DNA of 64,000 nt from an uncultured Planctomycetales bacterium (lineage in GTDB: Bacteria > Planctomycetota > Phycisphaerae > UBA1845 > PWPN01). The translations under genes and the position numbers were made by a program. How positions within the stretch are numbered: the first letter of the stretch is position 1; each line of letters starts with the position of its first letter. A model generated the notes under the pieces. It did no database searches and had not been told where the DNA came from. It saw only the letters and a list, made by a program, of their open reading frames with translations. This document shows positions 27,382 to 36,945 of the stretch, in pieces. The stretch is taken from NCBI GenBank assembly GCA_964548565.1, contig CAZJTF010000001.1:212-64211 (forward strand), read 5' to 3'.

Positions 27382-27867
27382 ATGCCCGACTGGCAGGAAA
27401 ATGACGACACCCCCGAATCCGAATGGTCGGAATGGCGCGGCCTTGCATCCGGTGCGGTCTGGGGCCTTGCCGCGGCAATCGTGATCGCGTGGCTCTCGTG
27501 TTCCCTCGCCTCGTACGCCCCGCACATGATCCTCAACTTCTGGCTCAGGATGGCTTTCGGGTTTCTCTGCGCGGCGCTGCTGTTCAGCGTTGTGCATTGG
27601 GCGGCGGGCATGGCGGGGCCGGCCTGCACCGCGATTGTGGTCGTGCTCACGCTGGCCGTCCTGCTCTCACACAGTGTCATCTTCGCACTGGAAGGGGTGA
27701 CCACGCGCAGCGGTGTGGTGAGCGGCTGGGAGTGGCTGCGCCCGGAGGCGCTCGCGATCGTGAACATCTCGTCCGCGATCGGCATCGTTTTCGCAGTTCT
27801 GCTCTACCGCGAGGGTGGATCAATCGCTTCCAACATCGTCGACGTGCTGTCCGCCCGAATCCGATGA
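27382..27867 (+). CDS. hypothetical membrane protein (about 4 TM)
   Basis: 161-aa ORF with four hydrophobic segments. No recognisable family. Confidence 0.5.
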   Translation: MPDWQENDDTPESEWSEWRGLASGAVWGLAAAIVIAWLSCSLASYAPHMILNFWLRMAFGFLCAALLFSVVHWAAGMAGPACTAIVVVLTLAVLLSHSVIFALEGVTTRSGVVSGWEWLRPEALAIVNISSAIGIVFAVLLYREGGSIASNIVDVLSARIR

Positions 27868-27917
27868 GGCCCTCACGCCGCGACCGGGGCGCCGGGAGTC
27901 CACTATAATGAGCGGCA

Positions 27918-29480
27918 ATGACCGACCAGACGCCGCACCATGAGCTGCCGCCGGAGGAGCCTGCAGCTCAGCCGCGCATGCCGTCCACCGCCGGGGAAGA
28001 AGCGCCCGCCGAGCGCGCTGGCCCCAGCGTGACCCCCGACGTCTCGATCGACCGGGCGGCCGCCCCTGTCGATGCCTCCCCTGAAAACGAGACGGCAAAG
28101 GGCCGCGACTGGACCATCCAGGACCTCTTCAACAAGATCGCCCACCTGCCCAAGTCGCCCGGCGTGTACCTCTTCAAGGACGCCAGGGGCACGGTGCTCT
28201 ACGTCGGCAAGGCCAAGGATCTCCGCAGCCGCGTCAGCAGCTATTTTCAGAATTCTGCCGATCTCATGCACACCCGGGGCCCCGAAATCGCCCGGATGGC
28301 CGGCATGGTGCGCGACCTCGAGTTCCTCGACTGCGAAACCGAAGTCGATGCGATGCTGCAGGAAGCGCGGCTCATCAAGGATATCCAGCCGCCGTACAAC
28401 GAACGCCTCCGCGACGACAAGACTTTCCCCTACCTGGAGATCACCACCTCGGACGATTTTCCCGGCGTGTACGTTACCCGCAAGCCGCGCCTCAAGGGCA
28501 GCAAGCTGTATGGCCCCTTCACCAGTGCTGCCGGCCTGCGCGACGCCGTCAACGCCATGCAGAAGGTCTTCAAGTTCCGCACGTGCGAGTTGGAGATCCG
28601 CGCCGACGACGAGCGCCGCCGGCATTTTCGCCCCTGCCTGCTGCACGCGATCAATCAGTGCACGGCTCCCTGCGGCGACCTGATCTCGCCCGAGGCTTAT
28701 GCCAGCGACATCGAGCGTCTTCGCAAGTTCCTTGCCAGCAAGCGGAGCGTCGTACTTCGCGCGCTCACGAAGGAGATGGAAACCCATGCGGCCGAGCGGC
28801 GCTACGAGGAGGCCGCCCGCCTGCGCGACCAGATCAAGGCCCTGCAGGCGCTGAGCCTCTCGGGCGATGTCGATGAGGACGTGCAGCCGGAAGTCTTCTA
28901 CATCGATCCGAAGGAGGGTCTTTCGAAACTCGGCGAAATCCTCGATCTCGGCGGCGTCCCGCGCACGATAGAGGGCATCGACATTGCCAACCTGCACGGC
29001 GGCGAGTCGGTGGGTTCGCTCGTGTGCTTCATCGACGGACGTCCGTTCAAGAACGGTTACAAGCGCTTCCGCATCAAGACGGTCGAGGGCATCGACGATT
29101 ACGCAATGATCCGCGAGGTCGTGCTGCGGCGCTACCGCTACGCCGCCGAGGGCGAGGAACTCTACCCCGACGTGATCCTCATCGACGGCGGCCTCGGTCA
29201 GCTCCACGCAGCCGAGTCGGCGTTCGCCGATATGGACGTCCGCCCGCCAATGGTGATTTCACTCGCCAAGCGGGAAGAGGAGATCTACCTCCAGGCCCGC
29301 AGTCGCCCGATCCGCCTGGCCCGCAACAACCCCGCTTTGCGCCTGCTGCAGCAGGTCCGCGATGAGGCCCACCGCTTCGCTCAGCACTACCACCACATCC
29401 TGCGTCGGAAGCGCACGTTCGACGACGATGTCGCCGCCGGTCGTCGCCCCCCGCGCTCCCGCCGTCGCCGCGGAGACTGA
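27918..29480 (+). CDS. uvrC: excinuclease ABC subunit C lacking the C-terminal (HhH)2 domain
   Basis: GIY-YIG domain (PGVYLFKDARGTVLYVGKAKDLRSRVSSYF), UVR motif (YEEAARLRDQIKAL) and endonuclease domain (IEGIDIANLHG..., ILIDGGLGQL, VRDEAHRFA). It ends about 25 aa after RDEAHRFA. Confidence 0.85.
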   Translation: MTDQTPHHELPPEEPAAQPRMPSTAGEEAPAERAGPSVTPDVSIDRAAAPVDASPENETAKGRDWTIQDLFNKIAHLPKSPGVYLFKDARGTVLYVGKAKDLRSRVSSYFQNSADLMHTRGPEIARMAGMVRDLEFLDCETEVDAMLQEARLIKDIQPPYNERLRDDKTFPYLEITTSDDFPGVYVTRKPRLKGSKLYGPFTSAAGLRDAVNAMQKVFKFRTCELEIRADDERRRHFRPCLLHAINQCTAPCGDLISPEAYASDIERLRKFLASKRSVVLRALTKEMETHAAERRYEEAARLRDQIKALQALSLSGDVDEDVQPEVFYIDPKEGLSKLGEILDLGGVPRTIEGIDIANLHGGESVGSLVCFIDGRPFKNGYKRFRIKTVEGIDDYAMIREVVLRRYRYAAEGEELYPDVILIDGGLGQLHAAESAFADMDVRPPMVISLAKREEEIYLQARSRPIRLARNNPALRLLQQVRDEAHRFAQHYHHILRRKRTFDDDVAAGRRPPRSRRRRGD

Positions 29481-29548
29481 CCCTCCGGCCGGCAATCTTG
29501 TGGATTCTTCCGGAGGGGCTAAACTGTACGGATACCTGGAGGCACGGC

Positions 29549-30505
29549 ATGCCAGAACTGACCGAGGGCCCGTTCCGCGAGCCGGAAGTCGCACCACCCC
29601 ATGATGCCGGTGTAACCGCCACGGCCGGGAGCCCTTCGCCCCCACGCGCGCCGGGAATGGGCTTTCTCGCTCTGGCCGGCACTTTTCTGTGGCCGGGACT
29701 TGGGCACGCGCTCGTCGGCCGCCTTCGGCGCGGAATCTTCTGGTTCCTGGTTACGGGTCTTGTGAATCTCGCGGTGCTTGCGCTCCTGCTGCGACCGCGG
29801 ATGATACTCCTGGCGATGGCGCTTCCCGTCTGCGTCATTCTCGTGCTCTGGGTGTATGCGGACGCATTCGTCGCCGGGCGACGCGCACGCCCGCGCTGGG
29901 GTGGCGCCGCCGGCCGCTTCCTTTTTGGGGGAGGACTGATTGTCCTGGGCATCCTTCTCAGTCCGACAACCGAGCTGGCTCTCTGGTTTCGCGACAGGTA
30001 CGCCGAGAGTTTCGCAATTCAATCGCGGTCCATGGCCCCGGCCCTCGAGCCCGGAGACAAAGTACTTGTGTGCAAGGGAGTGCCGATCCGCCGGTGGGAT
30101 ATGGTCGTCTTTCGACACCCCGAGTACGAAGGGGGTCTCCCAATCGTCTTCCGCGTCGCGGGTCTGCCCGGAGAAACGATCGAGATTCACGACGACTCGC
30201 TCCTCGTGAATGGGCAGCCCACCGTCACGCCTGAGGGCGTCGGCCCGTACCGCTCGATTCCACAGCAGGGACACTGGGACGTCTCCCGTCGCGGGCAGCC
30301 CTGCAACGGTTGCGCCGGAAACCCGATTACTCTCCGCAATTCGGAGTACTTCGTTCTGGGAGACGCCTCCGGCATTGCCCGCGACGCGCGACTCTGGGAA
30401 ATCCCTGCCGGCGACCACCAACCGGGGGCTTTGCCGTCCGAGGCGATTGTCGGACGCGTCGCCGCCATTTACTGGCCGCCCAGCCGCTGGCGGGACCTGC
30501 CATAG
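29549..30505 (+). CDS. lepB: signal peptidase I
   Basis: ATG at 29549 lies 7 nt after GGAGG. TM segments, then the S26 boxes QSRSMAPALEPGDKVLV, FRVAGLPGE and YFVLGDASGIARDAR. Confidence 0.8.
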   Translation: MPELTEGPFREPEVAPPHDAGVTATAGSPSPPRAPGMGFLALAGTFLWPGLGHALVGRLRRGIFWFLVTGLVNLAVLALLLRPRMILLAMALPVCVILVLWVYADAFVAGRRARPRWGGAAGRFLFGGGLIVLGILLSPTTELALWFRDRYAESFAIQSRSMAPALEPGDKVLVCKGVPIRRWDMVVFRHPEYEGGLPIVFRVAGLPGETIEIHDDSLLVNGQPTVTPEGVGPYRSIPQQGHWDVSRRGQPCNGCAGNPITLRNSEYFVLGDASGIARDARLWEIPAGDHQPGALPSEAIVGRVAAIYWPPSRWRDLP

Positions 30506-30752
30506 GGAGATCCGCTGTTCAGCTTCGGCAGGGCGGCGGACCTCGTCGCAATGACGGGTGATCTTGCTTCCCTCCCAATTCCCCCAGCTTGCCACCACAA
30601 ATAAGGCTGGCGATCGGATCCAGCTGCCCGTGCAGTCCTTATCGGCCGGTCAGAAGTCCAGCGCTCCGACAAGAACCGGCTGCCGGAGCACGGATTTGTC
30701 TTGACATGACCTGTGTGTGTGTCAATAACAGAACAGAGGGAGAGACAAGCCA

Positions 30753-31709
30753 ATGAAGAAGCTCATTGCGGCGGTTGTCGCCATTTCCATCGCCTGCTGC
30801 ACGGGCATTTCCTGCAGTCCCGGTGCCCTGAATCTGCACGACTGGCAACGAGATCTGCTGTTCAGCGGCGGTGCGCTCGCGGCGGCACTCCTGGCCGACC
30901 AGGCTCAGCACAACGCAGATAACACCACGGACGGTGACGGCGCGGAGCAGGAGATCCCCACCATAGAGGGTCCCCAGGGCCCGCCAGGGCCGGAGGGGCC
31001 ACAGGGTCCACAAGGCCCGCAGGGAGACACCGGCGCGACAGGTGCGACCGGGGCCGCGGGGGCAACCGGCGCCACCGGTGAGACTGGTCCTCAGGGACCG
31101 GCAGGCCCGGCCGGCCCCCAGTATTTCGACCTGTTCATTGACGACTTCTTCGCGGCCGAAGGCAACGGGATGGTTCCGCTGCCCATCGATATTCCCGGCA
31201 CGACAGGCTTTGTCGAGATCGCCGAACCCGCACTGGGCCAGCCGGACATCACCTCCGGCGAGGCCCGCGTGCTGGCGTTCCGGTTCTCCGTTCCGCAGAG
31301 CTATACGACCGGCAACCCCGTGACGATGCGGCTGTCGCTCTACCGCAGCGGTGCCGCGCCGGCGGGCTGCTTCAGCTTCCGGCTGGACGCGCGTCGCCTC
31401 CGCGCCGGCTCGGACATCGAGGTGTACGGCGAACCGCGGTGGGTACTGTCGACACTCGACCCGGCGGCGATCAGCGGCACCGGCCACGTGTTCTGGCTGA
31501 TCGATCTGCCAGTCAACTCGGCCGACGGGCTGAACTTCCCGAACGATTTGGTCGCCGGTCAGATGCTGGCATTCGAACTGGGCTCCGATCTGAACGACAA
31601 CGGAGTGTATACGCTCCTGAGCGTTGAAATCTTCGAGTCGGGAACGCCCGCGCCCACGAGCGGAGGCACGATTTCGAGCAACCCGCCGACGTGCGGCGGC
31701 CCCGCGTAA
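30753..31709 (+). CDS. collagen-like triple-helix-repeat lipoprotein
   Basis: Lipoprotein-type signal [16 protein letters not shown]. 17 uninterrupted G-X-Y triplets, then a ~195-aa non-repetitive C-terminal domain. Confidence 0.75.
   Translation: MKKLIAAVVAISIACCTGISCSPGALNLHDWQRDLLFSGGALAAALLADQAQHNADNTTDGDGAEQEIPTIEGPQGPPGPEGPQGPQGPQGDTGATGATGAAGATGATGETGPQGPAGPAGPQYFDLFIDDFFAAEGNGMVPLPIDIPGTTGFVEIAEPALGQPDITSGEARVLAFRFSVPQSYTTGNPVTMRLSLYRSGAAPAGCFSFRLDARRLRAGSDIEVYGEPRWVLSTLDPAAISGTGHVFWLIDLPVNSADGLNFPNDLVAGQMLAFELGSDLNDNGVYTLLSVEIFESGTPAPTSGGTISSNPPTCGGPA
30969..31121 (+). repeat. G-X-Y collagen-like repeat tract (17 triplets)
   Basis: [51 protein letters not shown]. Confidence 0.85.
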
Positions 31710-31789
31710 TTTCGGCCCGGGGGAGAGAAACCGGGCGCAACCCCAGCCCGGCCAGACTCCGGGCTGGTCACATAGAGGGAGTACGAACC

Positions 31790-32635
31790 GTGAGACGCGC
31801 CTCTGCCATTCACCAACTGGTTTGTGCGTTCGGCGCCGTCTGCGTCATGTCCTCGGGCCCCGCCATGGCGACCCTCATCGGGGTGGACTGGGACGACGGC
31901 CAGCTCTACCAGGTCTCCACTGTCGACGGATCGATGACCAGCCTGGGGAATCTCGGCATCCCCGCCATGTCCGACCTGACCATGGCCCCCGACGGCACGG
32001 TCTACGGCCTCACCTGCACGACCATCAACGCCGCCGCCGGCCTGTACCGGATTGATCTCGCGACAGCGCAGGCGACGCGCCTCTTCGACATCGACTCCTT
32101 CCTCTATGAAGGCGGTCTCGCGGTCGATACCGGCGGCACGTTTGCGTACGGCTCCAACTTCGGCAAGGTTTCGCAGGCCTCCCTGTTCCGGATCGATCTC
32201 GGGACGGGTGTCACGCAGGCCATGCCGCCCCTGACCGGCTCGCACGACATCAATGGGCTCGTCGTCCGCAGCGACGGGATGTTGATCGCTCTCGACCGCG
32301 TGCAGTCGGGGCTCATTCTCATTGACCCGGCCACCAGCACCTGGTCGATGCTCGCGCCGATCGCCGATCCGGACGGCCTGGGCTCCGTCGGTGCCGTGAC
32401 GATCAAGGACGGCGTGGGCTATGCCGTGACGGCCGCTCTTGGCGCTCCCGTTCCCGGCTCGAGCAAACTGTACAGCTTCGACCCGTTCACCGGGGGGGCG
32501 GCCATGGTCGGAGCGCTGTCCCCCGCGTTTGACGCCGGCGCTGCTGGAATCGGCGGACTGGTCGTCCCCGAACCCGCCACCGCGATCTTCCTCGTCGGCA
32601 GCCTGCTCCTCCTCGCGCACCGGCGACGTCGCTGA
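31790..32635 (+). CDS. PEP-CTERM-anchored secreted protein (repetitive LY.ID / beta-propeller-like body)
   Basis: GTG at 31790 after GAGGGAG. Signal peptide. C-terminus VVPEPATAIFLVGSLLLLAHRRRR (32561..32632) has the PEP motif, a TM segment and an Arg cluster. Confidence 0.75.
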   Translation: MRRASAIHQLVCAFGAVCVMSSGPAMATLIGVDWDDGQLYQVSTVDGSMTSLGNLGIPAMSDLTMAPDGTVYGLTCTTINAAAGLYRIDLATAQATRLFDIDSFLYEGGLAVDTGGTFAYGSNFGKVSQASLFRIDLGTGVTQAMPPLTGSHDINGLVVRSDGMLIALDRVQSGLILIDPATSTWSMLAPIADPDGLGSVGAVTIKDGVGYAVTAALGAPVPGSSKLYSFDPFTGGAAMVGALSPAFDAGAAGIGGLVVPEPATAIFLVGSLLLLAHRRRR

Positions 32636-32698
32636 TCACGCGCGGAATCGCCTCGGATCGTGCGCGCGGACCGCCCCCTGTGGCGAATCGTTGCGTGA

Positions 32699-33451
32699 TC
32701 AACCTTGGCCGGAAACGGTCTTGATCAGTGAAACGAGTGCCCGCAGCAGCAGACTCACAATCAGCAGGAACAGCAGCACCGCCACGCTGAACGTGATCAG
32801 CGGCCATGCCGTGCCGAACGGCCCCGTGCCCGTCTGCATGATCCGCCCGAGCAGGTACATCAGCACGCCGGAAATGAAGATCGCCCCGAGCGAGCCCCGC
32901 ACGTTTCCGGTCAGCGGCGCCATCCGCACCGTCAGGCAGATCGCCAGGTACAGAAACAGGAGTTGCTGCCAGTCTCCGAGGTCCTGCGCGCGGACCACGA
33001 TCACCAGGTTCTCGACGAGCGTCACACTCGCGCGAAGCAGGTCGAAGAAGTGAGGGATCGTGGTCGGCAGGGCGACCTGCTGAAGCGTACTTTTCTCCAT
33101 CCCCGCCAGCACTGACTCGCCGAAGTAACGGGCCGACCAGTAGATCGCTGCCGCGCATCCGATCATCGGCAGTAGCGCGATCAGAATCGTCCCGACCAGC
33201 GGAACCTTCGGCTTCTCCTCCGTACCGGTCTGCGGCTCACCGGAGTCGTCGTCCTTGATGAGCGCCGTGTTGTTTACCGTGCCGCCGGTGATGAGCACGC
33301 CGAGCATGTACCCGATCTGCGCGACTAGCGTCCCCGGCAAGAGGATGGAGTTCACGACCTTGGGCTGGATGAGCGAACTCCACAGCTGGTGGACGCCCAT
33401 CGCGGCGAAAACGATCACGAGCAGCCAGAATGTCATGGCCGCGTATTCCAT
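32699..33451 (-). CDS. hypothetical polytopic membrane protein
   Basis: 250 aa with about 6 TM segments and an acidic loop (DDDSGEPQTGTEEKPK). No family recognised. Confidence 0.55.
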   Translation of the reverse strand: MEYAAMTFWLLVIVFAAMGVHQLWSSLIQPKVVNSILLPGTLVAQIGYMLGVLITGGTVNNTALIKDDDSGEPQTGTEEKPKVPLVGTILIALLPMIGCAAAIYWSARYFGESVLAGMEKSTLQQVALPTTIPHFFDLLRASVTLVENLVIVVRAQDLGDWQQLLFLYLAICLTVRMAPLTGNVRGSLGAIFISGVLMYLLGRIMQTGTGPFGTAWPLITFSVAVLLFLLIVSLLLRALVSLIKTVSGQG

Positions 33452-33644
33452 GCGAGTCCTCTCCTTGTTTTCTCAATCGTTATCGGCCGCTCGCGGGTCC
33501 TCGTGTGAGCGGAACTGGGATTGGCGCAAGCTCAAGGTGGCGCGATACTTGTGGCATGTGCCCGGTCGCCCGGGGCAGCCCGAACGCAAGCGGGAGCCGA
33601 TGTCGCGGCTCCCGCTCACAAGACCACGGCTGAGACCAATTCGG

Positions 33645-34469
33645 TCAGAGAAGTCCCTTGAGGTAATCGAGGCTGCTGGCCGCCTGATCGATCGTGCCGC
33701 ACTCAACGCTCAGGCAGATCGGGCGTTCCACCTTGCGGACCAGGCGGATGACTTCTTTCCAGTCAATCACACCATCCCCGCACGCGCAGCCTACCGGTGT
33801 GCCGGTCACCTTGCCGCGCTCGGCGTCGCTCTGCTGGACGGTGATGTCCTTGGCATGCACGTGCACCAGGTGGTTGCCGACGTCCGCCAGCCACTTGTAT
33901 GGATCCTGCCCGGCCAGGTACGCGTTGCCGGTGTCGAAATTGATCCCCATCGCCGGCGATTTCACCAGGTTGAAGATGCGCTCCATGCCCGCCGGCGTCC
34001 TGGTGTACTGCTGGTGCTGTTCGAGGCCGATCTTGATCCCGCGGTGCTCGGCCACGCGCGTGACTTTCGTCAGCGTGTACTTCATCAGCACGTGGTCGGT
34101 TTCCACGTCGGTGAACTCGGCCTTGGGGCCCTCGTCCGTATTGACGACGGGCGTTCCCAGTTCGGCCGCGTAGCGGATCGCCGACGTCAGGTAGAGGACG
34201 CTCACGTCCGGGCGGCCCAGCGGGCAGTGTGCACTGATCCCCGAGCACTGCACGCCGTGCTTGCGGCACAGATCGCGCACGTCCATCGGGTCGTCAAACA
34301 TCGACTGCGTATGGAAATACTGCGCTTCGCTCATCAGCTCGCGGCCCCAGTGGACCATCGGCTCGATGAACTTGTAGCCCATCTTCGCCGCCTTCTCGAC
34401 GCCGACGGAAAACGGCAGATCGTGGTGGCGCACGAACTCCATGTTGATGCCGATCTGGATCTCGCCCAT
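33645..34469 (-). CDS. sugar phosphate isomerase/epimerase (xylose isomerase-like TIM barrel)
   Basis: ATG at 34469 after GAGGAGG. IGINMEF....GYKFIEP, HAKD and the overall pattern fit the AP endonuclease 2/xylose isomerase-like fold. Confidence 0.7.
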   Translation of the reverse strand: MGEIQIGINMEFVRHHDLPFSVGVEKAAKMGYKFIEPMVHWGRELMSEAQYFHTQSMFDDPMDVRDLCRKHGVQCSGISAHCPLGRPDVSVLYLTSAIRYAAELGTPVVNTDEGPKAEFTDVETDHVLMKYTLTKVTRVAEHRGIKIGLEQHQQYTRTPAGMERIFNLVKSPAMGINFDTGNAYLAGQDPYKWLADVGNHLVHVHAKDITVQQSDAERGKVTGTPVGCACGDGVIDWKEVIRLVRKVERPICLSVECGTIDQAASSLDYLKGLL

Positions 34470-34665
34470 TGCTGACCTCCTCTGCTGCCCGGCCATGGCA
34501 CAGCGGCGGAAGGCCGGGGCTGCCGCCGGGATGATGTGTCCGTGCGCCGCATCGTAGAATCCGCCCGCCCGACGTGCAATCCACCCTGCTTGCAGCCAGC
34601 GCGAATGCGATTATGCTCGATTCGCCACCGTAAGGCTAAAAACACGTCCAGCAGGGGGTGTTCAG

Positions 34666-36873
34666 GTGCAGGCGACAAGCCAGACCCACGCAGAGAGGCG
34701 ATTCCGCATCGGGGCGGTCGCGCCGGGAGGGGCGCTCGCCCTCTGTCTTCTCGTTCTCCCGGCGCCGTCTGCCTTTGCGGCCGACACGGGCGCCGCCGCC
34801 GTATTCCGCGCGGGCGCCGCAGCCATCGACATCACGCCGCGGGAACTTCCCGTCCGCGTGTCCGGCAGCTTTCTCGAACACTCGACCAGCCAGGTCAAAG
34901 ACCGCCTCCACGCCCGGTGCCTGGTGCTCGATGACGGGCGGGAGCGCGTGGCCATCGCGACTGTCGACAACTGCGTCATTCCGCAGGATGTCTTCGACGC
35001 CGCCAAGAAGCTTGCGCACGAAGTTACCGGCATCCCGACAGACCGCATGCTGATGTCGGCCACGCACACCCACTCCGGCCCGGCACTGGACCCGCTGCTC
35101 GGTTCCGACGGCAACCCGCAGTATCGCCAGTGGCTTCCCGGTCGCATCGCGGAATCCGTGCAGGGCGCGTTACGGAACCTGGCCCCCGCGCGGATCGGCT
35201 GGGGCGTTGTCTCCGTCCCTGAGCTCACGCATTGCCGCCAGTGGATTCGCCGCCCGGACCGCATCGACCTCGATCCCTTCGGACGTCAAACGGTGCGGTC
35301 GATGATGCACCCCGGCTACCAGAATCCCGATTACCTCGGCCCCGCCGGCCCCGTGGATCCCGAGCTCTCGCTCGTCGCGGTGCAGTCGCGCGGGGGCAGG
35401 CCCATCGCCGTGCTCGCGAACTACTCCATGCATTACGTCGGCGCGGAGCCGCTGTCCGCGGACTACTTCGGCGCCTTCGGCGACAAGTTTGCCGCCCAGA
35501 TCGGCATCGATCACACCGACCCGCCCTTCGTTGGGATGATGTCAAACGGCACCAGCGGCGACCTGCACTGGATGGACTACAACCGTCCGAAACCGGCCCA
35601 GGCGCCGACGCACCTGCAATATGCCGAACTCATCGCGAAGCATGCGGTCAGGGCTTACTCGGACATCAGGTACAGCGATCACGTGCCCCTCGCGATGCGA
35701 GAAACCGTGCTGGCCCTTGAAAACCGCCCGATCAGCGACGCCGATTTGGATGCCGCGCGCCGGCTCTTCGAAACCTTCAAGGAGCGCCAGCCGAAAACGT
35801 TGCCCGAAGTCTACGCCCTCGAGCAGCTGCGGATGAGCGAACGCCCCTCCCGGCATGAGCTGAAGCTGCAGGCGCTCCAGATCGGTGACCTCGGCATCGC
35901 GGCCATCCCCTGTGAAGTGTTCGGCATCACCGGGCTGCAGATCAAGGCGCTCAGCCCGCTCACGCCGACCTTCACGATCGAGCTCGCCAACGGCTACCAC
36001 GGTTACATTCCGCCGCCGGCGCAGCATCCGCTCGGCGGCTACACCACGTGGCGGGCTCGTTCTGCCTGCCTGGAAGTTGATGCAGCCCCGAAAATCACCC
36101 GGGCGATCGTGAAGTTGCTCGAGGAGGTCTCCGGCCGGCCCCGTCGCACGCTCACGGATAACGATTACGGGATGACGCGGTACGCGGAGACGGTGCTGGC
36201 GTCGAAGCCCACTGCGTACTGGCGTCTGAACGATTTTGAGGGTCCGACTGCGTCCGATGCGAGCGGCAACAACGTCGCCGCCACCTTCGAGCCGGGCGTT
36301 GTCTTCTATCTCGAGGGACCGAAGGGCGAAAGAGATGATACCAGGCGCCCGAATCGTGCCCCGCACTTCGCCGGCGGGCGTCTCGTTGCCGATATTCCGG
36401 GCCTGGGCGACGCCTACACGGTTGAACTGTGGTTCAGCAACTTCCTGCCGACGGACGCACGCGCCGTGACAGGTTACCTGCTGGCGCGCGGAGCCATCGG
36501 CGATGACGGACGGGCGGATCAGCTCGCCATTGCCGGCAAGGGCTCCGCCGAGGGCCGACTGATCTTCTGCCGGGGCGCCTCGACGGAAAACTGCATGGAG
36601 GGGCGGACTCCGATCGCAACGAAGAAGTGGCAGCGCGTGACGCTGGTGCGCGACGGGCCGCGGCTGACCGTCTATCTCGATGGCGAGCCGCAGGCAGAGA
36701 TCTCCGGCCAGGTCGGTGACCCGGCGTCCGGCGGACAGCGGCTGTTCATCGGCGGACGCGGTGACGGCACCGCGAGGTTCGAAGGCCGGATCGACGAGGT
36801 GGCGGTCTACACCCGCGCCCTCACGCCGCAGGAACTCACCCGGCACCTCCAAGCCGCCCCGAAGATCGATTAA
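34666..36873 (+). CDS. neutral/alkaline ceramidase N-terminal-like hydrolase fused to a LamG (Laminin_G_3) domain
   Basis: Signal peptide. GAAAIDITP...LHARCLVLDDG..VAIATVD......SATHTHSGP is the ceramidase-like signature. The C-terminal YWRLNDFEG...YTVELWF...WQRVTLVRDG.RLTVYLDG...FEGRIDEVAVYTRALT is LamG. Confidence 0.65.
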   Translation: MQATSQTHAERRFRIGAVAPGGALALCLLVLPAPSAFAADTGAAAVFRAGAAAIDITPRELPVRVSGSFLEHSTSQVKDRLHARCLVLDDGRERVAIATVDNCVIPQDVFDAAKKLAHEVTGIPTDRMLMSATHTHSGPALDPLLGSDGNPQYRQWLPGRIAESVQGALRNLAPARIGWGVVSVPELTHCRQWIRRPDRIDLDPFGRQTVRSMMHPGYQNPDYLGPAGPVDPELSLVAVQSRGGRPIAVLANYSMHYVGAEPLSADYFGAFGDKFAAQIGIDHTDPPFVGMMSNGTSGDLHWMDYNRPKPAQAPTHLQYAELIAKHAVRAYSDIRYSDHVPLAMRETVLALENRPISDADLDAARRLFETFKERQPKTLPEVYALEQLRMSERPSRHELKLQALQIGDLGIAAIPCEVFGITGLQIKALSPLTPTFTIELANGYHGYIPPPAQHPLGGYTTWRARSACLEVDAAPKITRAIVKLLEEVSGRPRRTLTDNDYGMTRYAETVLASKPTAYWRLNDFEGPTASDASGNNVAATFEPGVVFYLEGPKGERDDTRRPNRAPHFAGGRLVADIPGLGDAYTVELWFSNFLPTDARAVTGYLLARGAIGDDGRADQLAIAGKGSAEGRLIFCRGASTENCMEGRTPIATKKWQRVTLVRDGPRLTVYLDGEPQAEISGQVGDPASGGQRLFIGGRGDGTARFEGRIDEVAVYTRALTPQELTRHLQAAPKID

Positions 36874-36945
36874 CCGGCCGCGCACGCGGCCTGGGCCATT
36901 CGGATGACTCGCCCGCCGGGCGCGGGCACTCTCAGGAGAAGCAAC

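Noticed and set aside
30701-30722. TTGACA followed by a (TG)5 run upstream of the collagen-like gene, as a phase-variable promoter
   Set aside because: No convincing -10 hexamer lies at the right spacing, and five dinucleotide units are too few to argue for slipped-strand switching.
32699-33451. Polytopic membrane protein next to a PEP-CTERM gene as a candidate exosortase
   Set aside because: It is too short, and it lacks the conserved Cys/Arg/His-containing exosortase motifs as far as I can see. Proximity alone does not support the call.
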